Below, one piece after another: positions 39,201 to 54,000 of a DNA stretch of 64,000 nt. A model generated the notes under the pieces. That model did no database searches and was not told where the DNA came from. It saw only the letters and a list, made by a program, of their open reading frames with translations. The stretch spans positions 8,494,001 through 8,558,000 of the forward strand of contig OZ024740.1 in the NCBI GenBank assembly GCA_964016885.1, in the 5' to 3' direction. The position numbers were made by a program, and so were the translations under genes. The first letter of the stretch is position 1, and each line of letters starts with the position of its first letter. Source of the stretch: Eledone cirrhosa. Taxonomy: Eukaryota.

Positions 39201-42200
39201 GTCAGTTTCTATTGGTATGTCAGTTTTGATTGGTATATCACTTTTGAATGGTATCTCAGTTTCGATTGGTATGTCATTTTCGATTGGTATATCAGTTCTG
39301 ATTGGTATGTCAGTTTAGATTGGTATGTCAGTTTCGATTGGTATATCAGTTTCTATGGGTATATCAGTTTTGATTGGTATGTCAGTTTCGATTAGTATAT
39401 CAGTTTCTATAGGTATGTCAGTTTCTATTGTTATATCAGTTTCGATTGGTATATCAGTTTCGATTGGTATGTCAGTTTCGATTGGTATGTCAGTTTCGAT
39501 TGGTATATCAGTTTCGATTGGTATGTCAGTTTTGATTGGTATATCAGTTCCGATTGGTATGTCAGTTTAGATTGGTATGTCAGTTTTGATTGGTATATCA
39601 GTTTCGATTGGTATGTCAGTTTCAATTAGTATATCAGTTTCTATTGGTATGTCAGTTTCGATTGGTATATCAGTTTCAATTAGTATATCAGTTTCTATTG
39701 GTATGTCAGTTTCGATTGGTATATCAGTTTTGATTAGTATATGAGTTCCTATAGCTATATGAGTTTCTATTGGTATGTCAGTTTCTATTGGTATATCATC
39801 TTCGATTCGTATATCAGTTTCTATTGGTATATCAGTTTCTATTGGTATGTCAGTTTTGATTGGTATGTCAGTTTCGATTTGTATGTCAGTTTTGATTGAT
39901 ATATCAGTTTAGATTGGTATGTCAGCTTCGATTGATATGTCAGTTTCGATTGGTATATCAGTTCCGATTGGTATGTCAGTTTCGATTGGTATGTCAGTTT
40001 TGATTGGTATGTCAATTTCGATTGGTATATCAGTTTCGATTAGTATGTCAGTTTCTATTGGTATGTTAGTTTCGATTAGTATATCACTGTCTATTGGTAT
40101 GTCAGTTTCGATTGGTATGTCTGTTTCTATTGATATATCAGTTTCGATTGTTATATCAGTTTTGATTGGTATATCAGTTTTGATTGGTATGTCAGTTTCT
40201 GTTGGTATTCCAGTTTCTATTGGTATGTCAGTTTTGATTGGTATATCACTTTTGAATGGTATCTCAGTTTCGATTGGTATGTCATTTTCGATTGGTATAT
40301 CAGTTCTGATTGGTATGTCAGTTTAGATTGGTATGTCTGTTTCGATTGGTATATCAGTTTCGATTGCTATGTCAGTTTCGATTGGTACGTAAATTTCGAT
40401 GGGTATATTAGTTTCTATTGGTATGTCTGTTTCAGTTAGTATATGAGTTTCTATTGCTATGTCAGTTTCGATTGGTATATCAGTTTTGATTTGTATATGA
40501 ATTCCTATATCTAAATCAGTTTCTATTGGTATGTCAGTTTCAACTGGTATGTAAGTTTCGATTAGTATATCAGTCTCTATTGGTATGTCAGTTTCTATTG
40601 GTATATCAGCTTCGATTGGTATATCAGTTTCGATTAGTGTGTTAGTTTCTATTGGTATGTCAGTTTTGACTGGTATATCAGTTTCGATTGGTATGTCAGT
40701 TTCGATTGGTATGTCAGTTTCGATTGGTATATCAGTTCCGATTGGTATGTCAATTTCGATTGGTATATCAGTTTCTATTGGTATGTCAGTTTCGATTGGT
40801 ATGTCAGTTTCTATTGGTATATCAGTTTCGATTGATATATCAGTTTCGATTAGTATATCAGTTTCTAATGGTATGTCAGTTTCGATTAGTATATCAGTTT
40901 CTATTGGTATGTCAGTTTCGATTGGTATATCAGTTTCGATTCGTATATCAGTTCCTATTGCTATATCAGTTTCAATTGGTATGTAAGTTTCGATTGGTAT
41001 ATCAGTTTCGATGGGTATGTCAGTTTCAATTAGTATATTAGTTTCGATTGGTATGTCAATTTCAATTAGTATATCAGTTTCTATTGGTATATCAGTTTCG
41101 ATTGGTATGTCAGTTTCTATTAGTATATCAGTTTCTATAGGTATGTCAGTTTCTATTGGTATATCAGTTTCGATTGGTATGTCAGTTTCTATTGGTATAT
41201 CAGTTTCGATGGATACATCAGTTTCGATTAGTATGTCAGTTTCAACTGGTATGTCAATTTCGATTGGTATATCAGTTTCGATTGGTATATCAGTTTCGAT
41301 TGGTATGTCAGTTTGGATAGGTATGTCAGTTTCGATTGGTATGTCAGTTTCGATTGGTAAGTCAGTTTCGATTGGTATGTCAATTTCGATTAGTATATCA
41401 GTTTCGATTGGTATGTCAGTTTCGATTGGTATATCAGTTTCGATTGGTATCTCAGTTTTGATTATTATATTAGCTTCTATTGGTATGTCGGTTTCTATTG
41501 GTATATCAGTTTCGATTGGTATGTCAGTTTCTATTAGTATATCAGTTTCTATAGGTATGTCAGTTTCTATTGGTATATCAGTTTCGATTGGTATGTCAGT
41601 TTCTATTGGTATATCAGTTTCGATGGATACATCAGTTTCGATTAGTATGTCAGTTTCAACTGGTATGTCAATTTCGATTGGTATATCAGTTTCGATTGGT
41701 ATATCAGTTTCGATTGCTATGTCAGTTTGGATAGGTATGTCAGTTTCGATTAGTGTGTTAGTTTCGATTGGTATGTCAGTTTGGATAGGTATGTCAGTTT
41801 CGATTGGTATGTCAGTTTCGACTGGTATGTCAATTTCGATTGGTATATCAGTTTCGATTGGTATATCAGTTTCGATTGGTATGTCAGTTTGGATAGGTAT
41901 GTCAGTTTCGATTGGTATGTCAGTTTCGATTGGTAAGTCAGTTTCGATTGGTATGTCAATTTCGATTAGTATATCAGTTTCGATTGGTATGTCAGTTTCG
42001 ATTGGTATATCAGTTTCGATTGGTATCTCAGTTTTGATTATTATATTAGTTTCTATTGGTATGTCGGTTTCTATTGGTATATCAGTTTCGATTGGTATAT
42101 CAGTTTTGATCAGTATGTTAGTTTCTATTGGTATATCAGTTTCGATAGGTATATCAGTTTCGTTCGGTATGTCAGTTTCGATTGGTATATCAGTTTCTAT

Positions 42201-43503
42201 TGCTATATCTGTTTCTATTGGTATGTCAGTTTCGATTGGTATGTCAGTTTCTATTGGTATGTCAGTTTCGATTGTTATGTCAGTTTCGATTGGTATATCA
42301 GTTCCATTGATATGACAGTGTCGATTGGTATATGAGTTTTGATTAGTATGTCATTTTCTATTGGTATGTAAGCTTCGATTATTATATCAGTTACTATTAG
42401 TATGTCAGTTTCGATTGGTATGTCTGTTTCTAATGATATATCAGTTTCGATTGGTATATCAGTTTTGATTGGTATATCAGTTTTGAATGGTATGTCAGTT
42501 TCGATTGGTATGTCAGTTTCGATTGGTATATCAGTTCCGATTGGTATGTCAGTTTAGATTGGTATGTCAGTTTCGATTGGTATATCAGTTTCGATTGGTA
42601 TGTCAGTTTCGATTGGTATATCAGTTTTTATTTGTATATGAGTTCCTATAGCTATATCAGTTTCTATTGGTATATCAGTTTCTATTGGTATGTCAGGTTC
42701 GATTGGTACGTAATTTCGATGGGTATATTAGTTTCTATTGGTATGTCAGTTTCAATTAGTATATCAGTTTCTATTGGTATGTCAGTTTCGATTGGTATAT
42801 AAGTTTTGATTTGTATATGTGTTCCTATAGCTATATCAGTTTCTATTGGTATGTCAGTTTCTATTGGTATATCAGCTTCGATTGGTATGTCAGTTTCTAT
42901 TAGTATATCAGTTTCTATAGGTATGTCAGTTTCTATTGGTATATCAGTTTCGATTGGTATGTCAGTTTCTATTGGTATATCAGTTTCGATGGATACATCA
43001 GTTTCGATTAGTATGTCAGTTTCAACTGGTATGTCAGTTTGGATTGGTATGTCAGTTTCGATTGGTATGTCAGTTTCGATTGGTATGTCAATTTCGATTG
43101 GTATATCAGTTTCGATTAGTATGTTAGTTTCAATTGGAATATCAGTTTCGATTGGTATATCAGTTTCGACTGGTATATCAGTTTCGATTAGTATAATCAG
43201 TTTCTATTGGTATGTCAGTTTCTATTGGTATATCAGTACCGATTGGTATATCAGTTTCGATTAGTATGTCAGTTTCTATTCGTATGTTAGTTTCGATTAG
43301 TATATCAGTTTCTATCGGTATGTCAGTTTCGATTGATATGTCAGTTTCGATTGGTATATCAGTTCCGATTAGTATGTCAGTTTCGATTGGTATATCAGTT
43401 TCAATTGGTATGTCAGTTTTGATTGGTATGTCAGTTTCGATTGGTATGTCAATTTCGATTTGTATATCTGTTTCGATTGCTATGTCAATTTCGATTGGTA
43501 TAT

Positions 43504-43910
43504 AAAGGCGATGACACATTGGTATATAAAGGCGATGACACACGACCGTGACCTCTGGCGTCACACAGTAATACAGAGTACCCGACCTCCCATGGGTACA
43601 AGCTGAAGCATATAGACAATATGCCGCCACACCCTCCCACTGCAAGGTGGTCGTGGAGGTGCCATGGCAAAAAAGCACCCAGCCCACACTGTAAAGTGGA
43701 CGTGTAGGCGCCACGAAAAAGCACCCAGCTCTCACTGTAAATGAGGTTGGTGTTAGGAAGAGCATCCAGCTGTAGAAATCAAGCCAAATCAGTTCCTGTA
43801 TGAGCAAGGCATGGTCAGCCGACCAGACACTGCCCACAACAGGACAACCCGTCTAACCCATGCTAGCGTGGAAGAACGGACGTAAAACGGTGATGATGAT
43901 GATGATGATG
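43504..43910 (+). mobile_element. 3' fragment of the RTE-like LINE (last about 25 codons, 3' UTR, tail), with a duplicated 5' junction and apparent TSD ATAT
   Basis: 43528-43910 aligns to 4481-4865 with roughly 15 differences by eye. ATAT occurs at 43500-43503 and 43911-43914. Paralogous empty sites exist (for example near 46180 and 61980). Confidence 0.92.
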
Positions 43911-46900
43911 ATATCAGTTTCGATTAGTATGTCAGTTTCTATTGGTATGTTAGTTTCGATTAGTATATCACTTTCTATTTGTATGTCAGTTTCGATTGGT
44001 ATGTCAGTTTCTAATGATATATCAGTTTCGATTGGTATATCAGTTTTGATTGGTATATCAGTTTCGAATGGTATGTCAGTTTCGATTGGTATGTCAGTTT
44101 CGATTGGTATATCAGTTTCGATTGGTATGTCAGTTTTGATTGGTATATCAGTTCCGATTGGTATGTCAGTTTAGATTGGTATGTCAGTTTCGATTGGTAT
44201 ATCAGTTTCTATTGGTATGTCAGTTTCGATTGGTATATCAGTTTCAATTAGTATATCAGTTTCTATTGGTATGTCAGTTTCGATTGGTATATCAGTTTTG
44301 ATTAGTATATGAGTTCCTATAGCTATATCAGTTTCTATTGGTATGTCAGTTTCTATTGGTATATCAGCTTCGATTCGTATATCAGTTTCTATTGGTATAT
44401 CAGTTTCTATTGGTATGTCAGTTTTGATTGGTATGTCAGTTTCGATTTGTATGTCAGTTTCGATTGATATATCAGTTTCGATTGGTATGTCAGCTTCGAT
44501 TGATATGTCAGTTTCGATTGGTATATCAGTTCCGATAGGTATGTCAGTTTCGATTGGTATGTCAGTCTTGATTGGTATGTCAATTTCGATTGGTATATCA
44601 GTTTCGATTAGTATGTCAGTTTCTATTGGTATGTTTGTTTCGATTAGTATATCACTTTCTATTGGTATGTCAGTTTCGATTGGTATGTCTGTTTCTATTG
44701 ATATATCAGTTTCGATTGTTATATCAGTTTTGATTGGTATATCAGTTTTGATTGGTATGTCAGTTTCTGTTGGTATTCCAGTTTCTATTGGTATGTCAGT
44801 TTTGATTGGTATATCACTTTTGAATGGTATCTCAGTTTCGATTGGTATGTCATTCTCGATTGGTATATCAGTTCTGATTGGTATGTCAGTTTAGATTGGT
44901 ATGTCAGTTTCGATTGGTATATCAGTTTCGATTGGTATGTCAGTTTCGATTGTTACGTAAATTTCGATGGGTATATTAGTTTCTATTGGTATGTCAGTTT
45001 CAGTCAGTATATGAGTTTCTATTGCTATGTCAGTTTCGATTGGTATATCAGTTTTGATTTGTATATGAATTCCTATATCTATATCAGTTTCTATTGGTAT
45101 GTCAGTTTCAACTGGTATGTAAGTTTCGATTAGTATATCAGTTTCTATTGGTATGTCAGTTTCTATTGGTATATCAGCTTCGATTGGTATATCAGTTTCG
45201 ACTAGTGTGTTAGTTTCTATTGGTATGTCAGTTTTGACTGGTATATCAGTTTCGATTGGTATGTCAGTTTCGATTGGTATGTCAGTTTCGATTGGTATAT
45301 CAGTTCCGATTGGTATGTCAATTTCGATTGGTATATCAGTTTCTATTGGTATGTCAGTTTCGATTGGTATGTCAGTTTCTATTGGTATATCAGTTTCGAT
45401 TGATATATCAGTTTCGATTAGTATATCAGTTTCTACTGGTATGTCAGTTTCGATTAGTATATCAGTTTCAATTGGTATGTCAGTTTCGATTGGTATATCA
45501 GTTTCGATTCGTATATCAGTTCCTATTGCTATATCAGTTTCAATTGGTATGTAAGTTTCGATTGGTATATCAGTTTCGATGGGTATGTCAGTTTCAATTA
45601 GTATATTAGTTTCGATTGGTATGTCAATTTCAATTAGTATATCAGTTTCTATTGGTATATCAGTTTCGATTGGTATGTCAGTTTCTATTGGTATATCAGT
45701 TTCGATGGATACATCAGTTTTGATTAGTATGTCAGCTTCAACTGGTATGTCAGTTTGGATTGGTATGTCAGTTTCGATTGGTATGTCAGTTTCGATTGGT
45801 ATGTCAATTTCGATTGGTATATCAGTTTCGATTAGTATGTTAGTTTCAATTGGAATATCAGTTTCGATTGGTATATCAGTTTCGACTGGTATATCAGTTT
45901 CGATTAGTATAATCAGTTTCTATTGGTATGTCAGTTTCTATTGGTATATCAGTACCGATTGGTATATCAGTTTCGATTAGTATGTCAGTTTCTATTCGTA
46001 TGTTAGTTTCGATTAGTATATCAGTTTCTATCGGTATGTCAGTTTTGATTGATATGTCAGTTTCGATTGGTATATCAGTTTCAATTGGTATGTCAGTTTT
46101 GACTGGTATGTCAGTTTCGATTGGTATGTCAATTTCGATTGGTATATCAGTTTCGATTGGTATGTCAATTTCGATTGGTATATCAGTTTCGATTAGTATG
46201 TCAGTTTCTATTGGTATGTTAGTTTCGATTAGTATATCACTTTCTATTTGTATGTCAGTTTCGATTGGTATGTCTGTTTCTAATGATATATCAGTTTCGA
46301 TTGGTATATCAGTTTTGATTGGTATATCAGTTTCGATTGGTATGTCAGTTTCGATTGGTATATCAGTTTTGAATGGTATGTCAGTTTCGATTGGTATGTC
46401 AGTTTCGATTGGTATATCAGTTCCGATTGGTATGTCAGTTTAGATTGGTATGTCAGTTTCGATTGGTATATCAGTTTCGATTTGTATGTCAGTTTCGATT
46501 GGTATATCAGTTTTTATTTGTATATGAGTTCCTATAGCTATATCAGTTTCTATTGGTATGTCAGTTTCTATTGGTATATCAGCTTCGATTGGTATATCAG
46601 TTTCTATTGGTATATCAGTTTCTATTGGTATGTCAGGTTCGATTGGTACGTAATTTCGATGGGTATATTAGTTTCTATTGGTATGTCAGTTTCAATTAGT
46701 ATATCAGTTTCTATTGGTATGTCAGTTTCGATTGGTATATCAGTTTTGATTTGTATATGAGTTCCTATAGCTATATCAGTTTCTATTGGTATGTCAGTTT
46801 CTATTGGTATATCAGCTTCGATTGGTATATCAGTTTCTATTGGTATATCAGTTTCTATTGGTATGTCAGTTTTGATTGGTATGTCAGTTTCGATTTGTAT

Positions 46901-49900
46901 GTCAGTTTCGATTGGTATATCAGTTTCGATTGGTATGTCAGTTTCAATTGATATGTCAGTTTCGATTGCTATATCAGTTCCGATTGGTATGTCAGTTACG
47001 ATTGGTATGTCAGTTTCGATTGGTATATCAGTTTCGATTGGTATAATAGTTTCGACTGGTATATCAGTTTCGATTAGTATAATCAGTTTCTATTCGTATG
47101 TTAGTTTCGATTAGTATATCAGTTTCTATCGGTATGTCAGTTTCGATTGATATGTCAGTTTCGATTGGTATATCAGTTCCGTTAGTATGTCAGTTTCGAT
47201 TGGTATATCAGTTTCAATTGGTATGTCAGTTTTGACTGGTATGTCAGTTTCGATTGGTATGTCAATTTCGATTGGTATATCAGTTTCGATTAGTATGTCA
47301 GTTTCTATTGGTATGTAAGTTTAGATTAGTATATCACTATCTATTTGTATGTCATTTTCAATTGGTATGTCTGTTTCTAATGATATATCAGTTTCGATTG
47401 GTATATCAGTTTTGATTGGTATATCAGTTTTGAATGGTATGTCAGTTTCGATTGGTATGTCAGTTTCGATTGGTATATCAGTTCCGATTGGTATGTCAGT
47501 TTAGATTGGTATGTCAGTTTCGATTGGTATATCAGCTTCGATTCGTATATCAGTTTCTATTGGTATATCAGTTTCTATTAGTATGTCAGTTTTGATTGGT
47601 ATGTCAGTTTCGATTTGTATGTCAGTTTCGATTGGTATGTCAGTTTCGATTGGTATGTCAGCTTCGATTGATATGTCAGTTTCGATTGGTATATCAGTTC
47701 CGATTGGTATGTCAGTTTCGATTGGTATGTCAGTTTTGATTGGTATGTCAATTTCGATTGGTATATCAGTTTCGATTAGTATGTCAGTTTCTATTGGTAT
47801 GTTAGTTTCGATTAGTATATCACTTTCTATTGGTATGTCAGTTTCGATTGGTATGTCTGTTTCTATTGATATATCAGTTTCGATTGTTATATCAGTTTTG
47901 ATTGGTATATCAGTTTCGATTGGTATGTCAGTTTCTGTTGGTATTTCAGTTTCTATTGGTATGTCAGTTTTGATTGGTATATCACTTTTGAATGGTATCT
48001 CAGTTTCGATTGGTATGTTATTTTCGATTGGTATATCAGTTATTATTGGTATGTCAGTTTAGATTGGTATGTCAGTTTCGATTGGTATATCAGTTTCGAT
48101 TGGTATGTCAGTTTCGATTGGTACGTAAATTTCGATGGGTATATTAGTTTCTATTGGTATGTCAGTTTCAATTAGTATATGAGTTTCTATTGCTATGTCA
48201 GTTTCGATTGGTATATCAGTTTTGATTTGTATATGAGTTCCTATATCTATATCAGTTTCTATTGGTATGTCAGTTTCAACTGGTATGTAAGTTTCGATTA
48301 GTATATCAGTTTCTATTGGTATGTCAGTTTCTATTGGTATATCAGCTTCGATTGGTATATCAGTTTCGATTAGTGTGTTAGTTTCTATTGGTATGTCAGT
48401 TTTGACTGGTATATCAGTTTCGATTGGTATGTCAGTTTCGATTGGTATGTCAGTTTCGATTGGTATATCAGTTTCTATTGGTATGTCAGTTTCGATTGGT
48501 ATGTCAGTTTCTATTGGTATATCAGTTTCGATTGATATATCAGTTTCGATTAGTATATCAGTTTCTACTGGTTTGTCAGTTTCGATTAGTATATCAGTTT
48601 CTATTGGTATGTCAGTTTCGATTGGTATATCAGTTTCGATTCGTATATCAGTTCCTATTGCTATATCAGTTTCAATTGGTATGTCAGTTTCTATTGGTAT
48701 ATCAGTTTCGATTGGTATGTCAGTTTCTATTGGTATATCAGTTTCGATGGATACATCAGTTTCGATTAGTATGTCAGTTTCAACTGGTATGTCAATTTCG
48801 ATTGGTATATCAGTTTCGATTGGTATATCAGTTTCGATTGGTATGTCAGTTTGGATAGGTATGTCAGTTTCGATTAGTGTGTTAGTTTCGATTGGTATGT
48901 CAGTTTGGATAGGTATGTCAGTTTCGATTGGTATGTCAGTTTCGACTGGTATGTCAATTTCGATTGGTATATCAGTTTCGATTGGTATATCAGTTTCGAT
49001 TGGTATGTCAGTTTGGATAAGTATGTCAGTTTCGATTGGTATGTCAGTTTCGATTGGTAAGTCAGTTTCGATTGGTATGTCAATTTCGATTAGTATATCA
49101 GTTTCGATTGGTATGTCAGTTTCGATTGGTATATCAGTTTCGATTGGTATCTCAGTTTTGATTATTATATTAGTTTCTATTGGTATGTCGGTTTCTATTG
49201 GTATATCAGTTTCGATTGGTATATCAGTTTTGATCAGTATGTTAGTTTCTATTGGTATATCAGTTTCGATAGGTATATCAGTTTCGTTCGGTATGTCAGT
49301 TTCGATTGGTATATCAGTTTCTATTGCTATATCTGTTTCTATTGGTATGTCAGTTTCGATTGGTATGTCAGTTTCTATTGGTATGTCAGTTTCGATTGTT
49401 ATGTCAGTTTCGATTGGTATATCAGTTCCATTGATATGACAGTGTCGATTGGTATATGAGTTTTGATTAGTATGTCAGTTTCTATTGGTATGTAAGCTTC
49501 GATTATTATATCAGTTACTATTAGTATGTCAGTTTCGATTGGTATGTCTGTTTCTAATGATATATCAGTTTCGATTGGTATATCAGTTTTGATTGGTATA
49601 TCAGTTTTGAATGGTATGTCAGTTTCGATTGGTATGTCAGTTTCGATTGGTATATCAGTTCCGATTGGTATGTCAGTTTAGATTGGTATGTCAGTTTCGA
49701 TTGGTATATCAGTTTCGATTGGTATGTCAGTTTCGATTGGTATATCAGTTTTTATTTGTATATGAGTTCCTATAGCTATATCAGTTTCTATTGGTATATC
49801 AGTTTCTATTGGTATGTCAGGTTCGATTGGTACGTAATTTCGATGGGTATATTAGTTTCTATTGGTATGTCAGTTTCAATTAGTATATCAGTTTCTATTG

Positions 49901-50627
49901 GTATGTCAGTTTCGATTGGTATATAAGTTTTGATTTGTATATGTGTTCCTATAGCTATATCAGTTTCTATTGGTATGTCAGTTTCTATTGGTATATCAGC
50001 TTCGATTGGTATGTCAGTTTCTATTAGTATATCAGTTTCTATAGGTATGTCAGTTTCTATTGGTATATCAGTTTCGATTGGTATGTCAGTTTCTATTGGT
50101 ATATCAGTTTCGATGGATACATCAGTTTCGATTAGTATGTCAGTTTCAACTGGTATGTCAGTTTGGATTGGTATGTCAGTTTCGATTGGTATGTCAGTTT
50201 CGATTGGTATGTCAATTTCGATTGGTATATCAGTTTCGATTAGTATGTTAGTTTCAATTGGAATATCAGTTTCGATTGGTATATCAGTTTCGACTGGTAT
50301 ATCAGTTTCGATTAGTATAATCAGTTTCTATTGGTATGTCAGTTTCTATTGGTATATCAGTACCGATTGGTATATCAGTTTCGATTAGTATGTCAGTTTC
50401 TATTCGTATGTTAGTTTCGATTAGTATATCAGTTTCTATCGGTATGTCAGTTTCGATTGATATGTCAGTTTCGATTGGTATATCAGTTCCGATTAGTATG
50501 TCAGTTTCGATTGGTATATCAGTTTCAATTGGTATGTCAGTTTTGATTGGTATGTCAGTTTCGATTGGTATGTCAATTTCGATTTGTATATCTGTTTCGA
50601 TTGCTATGTCAATTTCGATTGGTATAT

Positions 50628-51034
50628 AAAGGCGATGACACATTGGTATATAAAGGCGATGACACACGACCGTGACCTCTGGCGTCACACAGTAATACAG
50701 AGTACCCGACCTCCCATGGGTACAAGCTGAAGCATATAGACAATATGCCGCCACACCCTCCCACTGCAAGGTGGTCGTGGAGGTGCCATGGCAAAAAAGC
50801 ACCCAGCCCACACTGTAAAGTGGACGTGTAGGCGCCACGAAAAAGCACCCAGCTCTCACTGTAAATGAGGTTGGTGTTAGGAAGAGCATCCAGCTGTAGA
50901 AATCAAGCCAAATCAGTTCCTGTATGAGCAAGGCATGGTCAGCCGACCAGACACTGCCCACAACAGGACAACCCGTCTAACCCATGCTAGCGTGGAAGAA
51001 CGGACGTAAAACGGTGATGATGATGATGATGATG
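50628..51034 (+). mobile_element. Copy of the 43504 LINE fragment carried by the 7124-bp duplication
   Basis: Sequence and junctions appear identical to 43504-43910 at offset 7124. Confidence 0.92.
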
Positions 51035-54000
51035 ATATCAGTTTCGATTAGTATGTCAGTTTCTATTGGTATGTTAGTTTCGATTAGTATATCACTTTCT
51101 ATTTGTATGTCAGTTTCGATTGGTATGTCAGTTTCTAATGATATATCAGTTTCGATTGGTATATCAGTTTTGATTGGTATATCAGTTTCGAATGGTATGT
51201 CAGTTTCGATTGGTATGTCAGTTTCGATTGGTATATCAGTTTCGATTGGTATGTCAGTTTTGATTGGTATATCAGTTCCGATTGGTATGTCAGTTTAGAT
51301 TGGTATGTCAGTTTCGATTGGTATATCAGTTTCTATTGGTATGTCAGTTTCGATTGGTATATCAGTTTCAATTAGTATATCAGTTTCTATTGGTATGTCA
51401 GTTTCGATTGGTATATCAGTTTTGATTAGTATATGAGTTCCTATAGCTATATCAGTTTCTATTGGTATGTCAGTTTCTATTGGTATATCAGCTTCGATTC
51501 GTATATCAGTTTCTATTGGTATATCAGTTTCTATTGGTATGTCAGTTTTGATTGGTATGTCAGTTTCGATTTGTATGTCAGTTTCGATTGATATATCAGT
51601 TTCGATTGGTATGTCAGCTTCGATTGATATGTCAGTTTCGATTGGTATATCAGTTCCGATAGGTATGTCAGTTTCGATTGGTATGTCAGTCTTGATTGGT
51701 ATGTCAATTTCGATTGGTATATCAGTTTCGATTAGTATGTCAGTTTCTATTGGTATGTTTGTTTCGATTAGTATATCACTTTCTATTGGTATGTCAGTTT
51801 CGATTGGTATGTCTGTTTCTATTGATATATCAGTTTCGATTGTTATATCAGTTTTGATTGGTATATCAGTTTTGATTGGTATGTCAGTTTCTGTTGGTAT
51901 TCCAGTTTCTATTGGTATGTCAGTTTTGATTGGTATATCACTTTTGAATGGTATCTCAGTTTCGATTGGTATGTCATTCTCGATTGGTATATCAGTTCTG
52001 ATTGGTATGTCAGTTTAGATTGGTATGTCAGTTTCGATTGGTATATCAGTTTCGATTGGTATGTCAGTTTCGATTGTTACGTAAATTTCGATGGGTATAT
52101 TAGTTTCTATTGGTATGTCAGTTTCAGTCAGTATATGAGTTTCTATTGCTATGTCAGTTTCGATTGGTATATCAGTTTTGATTTGTATATGAATTCCTAT
52201 ATCTATATCAGTTTCTATTGGTATGTCAGTTTCAACTGGTATGTAAGTTTCGATTAGTATATCAGTTTCTATTGGTATGTCAGTTTCTATTGGTATATCA
52301 GCTTCGATTGGTATATCAGTTTCGACTAGTGTGTTAGTTTCTATTGGTATGTCAGTTTTGACTGGTATATCAGTTTCGATTGGTATGTCAGTTTCGATTG
52401 GTATGTCAGTTTCGATTGGTATATCAGTTCCGATTGGTATGTCAATTTCGATTGGTATATCAGTTTCTATTGGTATGTCAGTTTCGATTGGTATGTCAGT
52501 TTCTATTGGTATATCAGTTTCGATTGATATATCAGTTTCGATTAGTATATCAGTTTCTACTGGTATGTCAGTTTCGATTAGTATATCAGTTTCAATTGGT
52601 ATGTCAGTTTCGATTGGTATATCAGTTTCGATTCGTATATCAGTTCCTATTGCTATATCAGTTTCAATTGGTATGTAAGTTTCGATTGGTATATCAGTTT
52701 CGATGGGTATGTCAGTTTCAATTAGTATATTAGTTTCGATTGGTATGTCAATTTCAATTAGTATATCAGTTTCTATTGGTATATCAGTTTCGATTGGTAT
52801 GTCAGTTTCTATTGGTATATCAGTTTCGATGGATACATCAGTTTTGATTAGTATGTCAGCTTCAACTGGTATGTCAGTTTGGATTGGTATGTCAGTTTCG
52901 ATTGGTATGTCAGTTTCGATTGGTATGTCAATTTCGATTGGTATATCAGTTTCGATTAGTATGTTAGTTTCAATTGGAATATCAGTTTCGATTGGTATAT
53001 CAGTTTCGACTGGTATATCAGTTTCGATTAGTATAATCAGTTTCTATTGGTATGTCAGTTTCTATTGGTATATCAGTACCGATTGGTATATCAGTTTCGA
53101 TTAGTATGTCAGTTTCTATTCGTATGTTAGTTTCGATTAGTATATCAGTTTCTATCGGTATGTCAGTTTTGATTGATATGTCAGTTTCGATTGGTATATC
53201 AGTTTCAATTGGTATGTCAGTTTTGACTGGTATGTCAGTTTCGATTGGTATGTCAATTTCGATTGGTATATCAGTTTCGATTGGTATGTCAATTTCGATT
53301 GGTATATCAGTTTCGATTAGTATGTCAGTTTCTATTGGTATGTTAGTTTCGATTAGTATATCACTTTCTATTTGTATGTCAGTTTCGATTGGTATGTCTG
53401 TTTCTAATGATATATCAGTTTCGATTGGTATATCAGTTTTGATTGGTATATCAGTTTCGATTGGTATGTCAGTTTCGATTGGTATATCAGTTTTGAATGG
53501 TATGTCAGTTTCGATTGGTATGTCAGTTTCGATTGGTATATCAGTTCCGATTGGTATGTCAGTTTAGATTGGTATGTCAGTTTCGATTTGTATATCAGTT
53601 TCGATTTGTATGTCAGTTTCGATTGGTATATCAGTTTTTATTTGTATATGAGTTCCTATAGCTATATCAGTTTCTATTGGTATGTCAGTTTCTATTGGTA
53701 TATCAGCTTCGATTGGTATATCAGTTTCTATTGGTATATCAGTTTCTATTGGTATGTCAGGTTCGATTGGTACGTAATTTCGATGGGTATATTAGTTTCT
53801 ATTGGTATGTCAGTTTCAATTAGTATATCAGTTTCTATTGGTATGTCAGTTTCGATTGGTATATCAGTTTTGATTTGTATATGAGTTCCTATAGCTATAT
53901 CAGTTTCTATTGGTATGTCAGTTTCTATTGGTATATCAGCTTCGATTGGTATATCAGTTTCTATTGGTATATCAGTTTCTATTGGTATGTCAGTTTTGAT

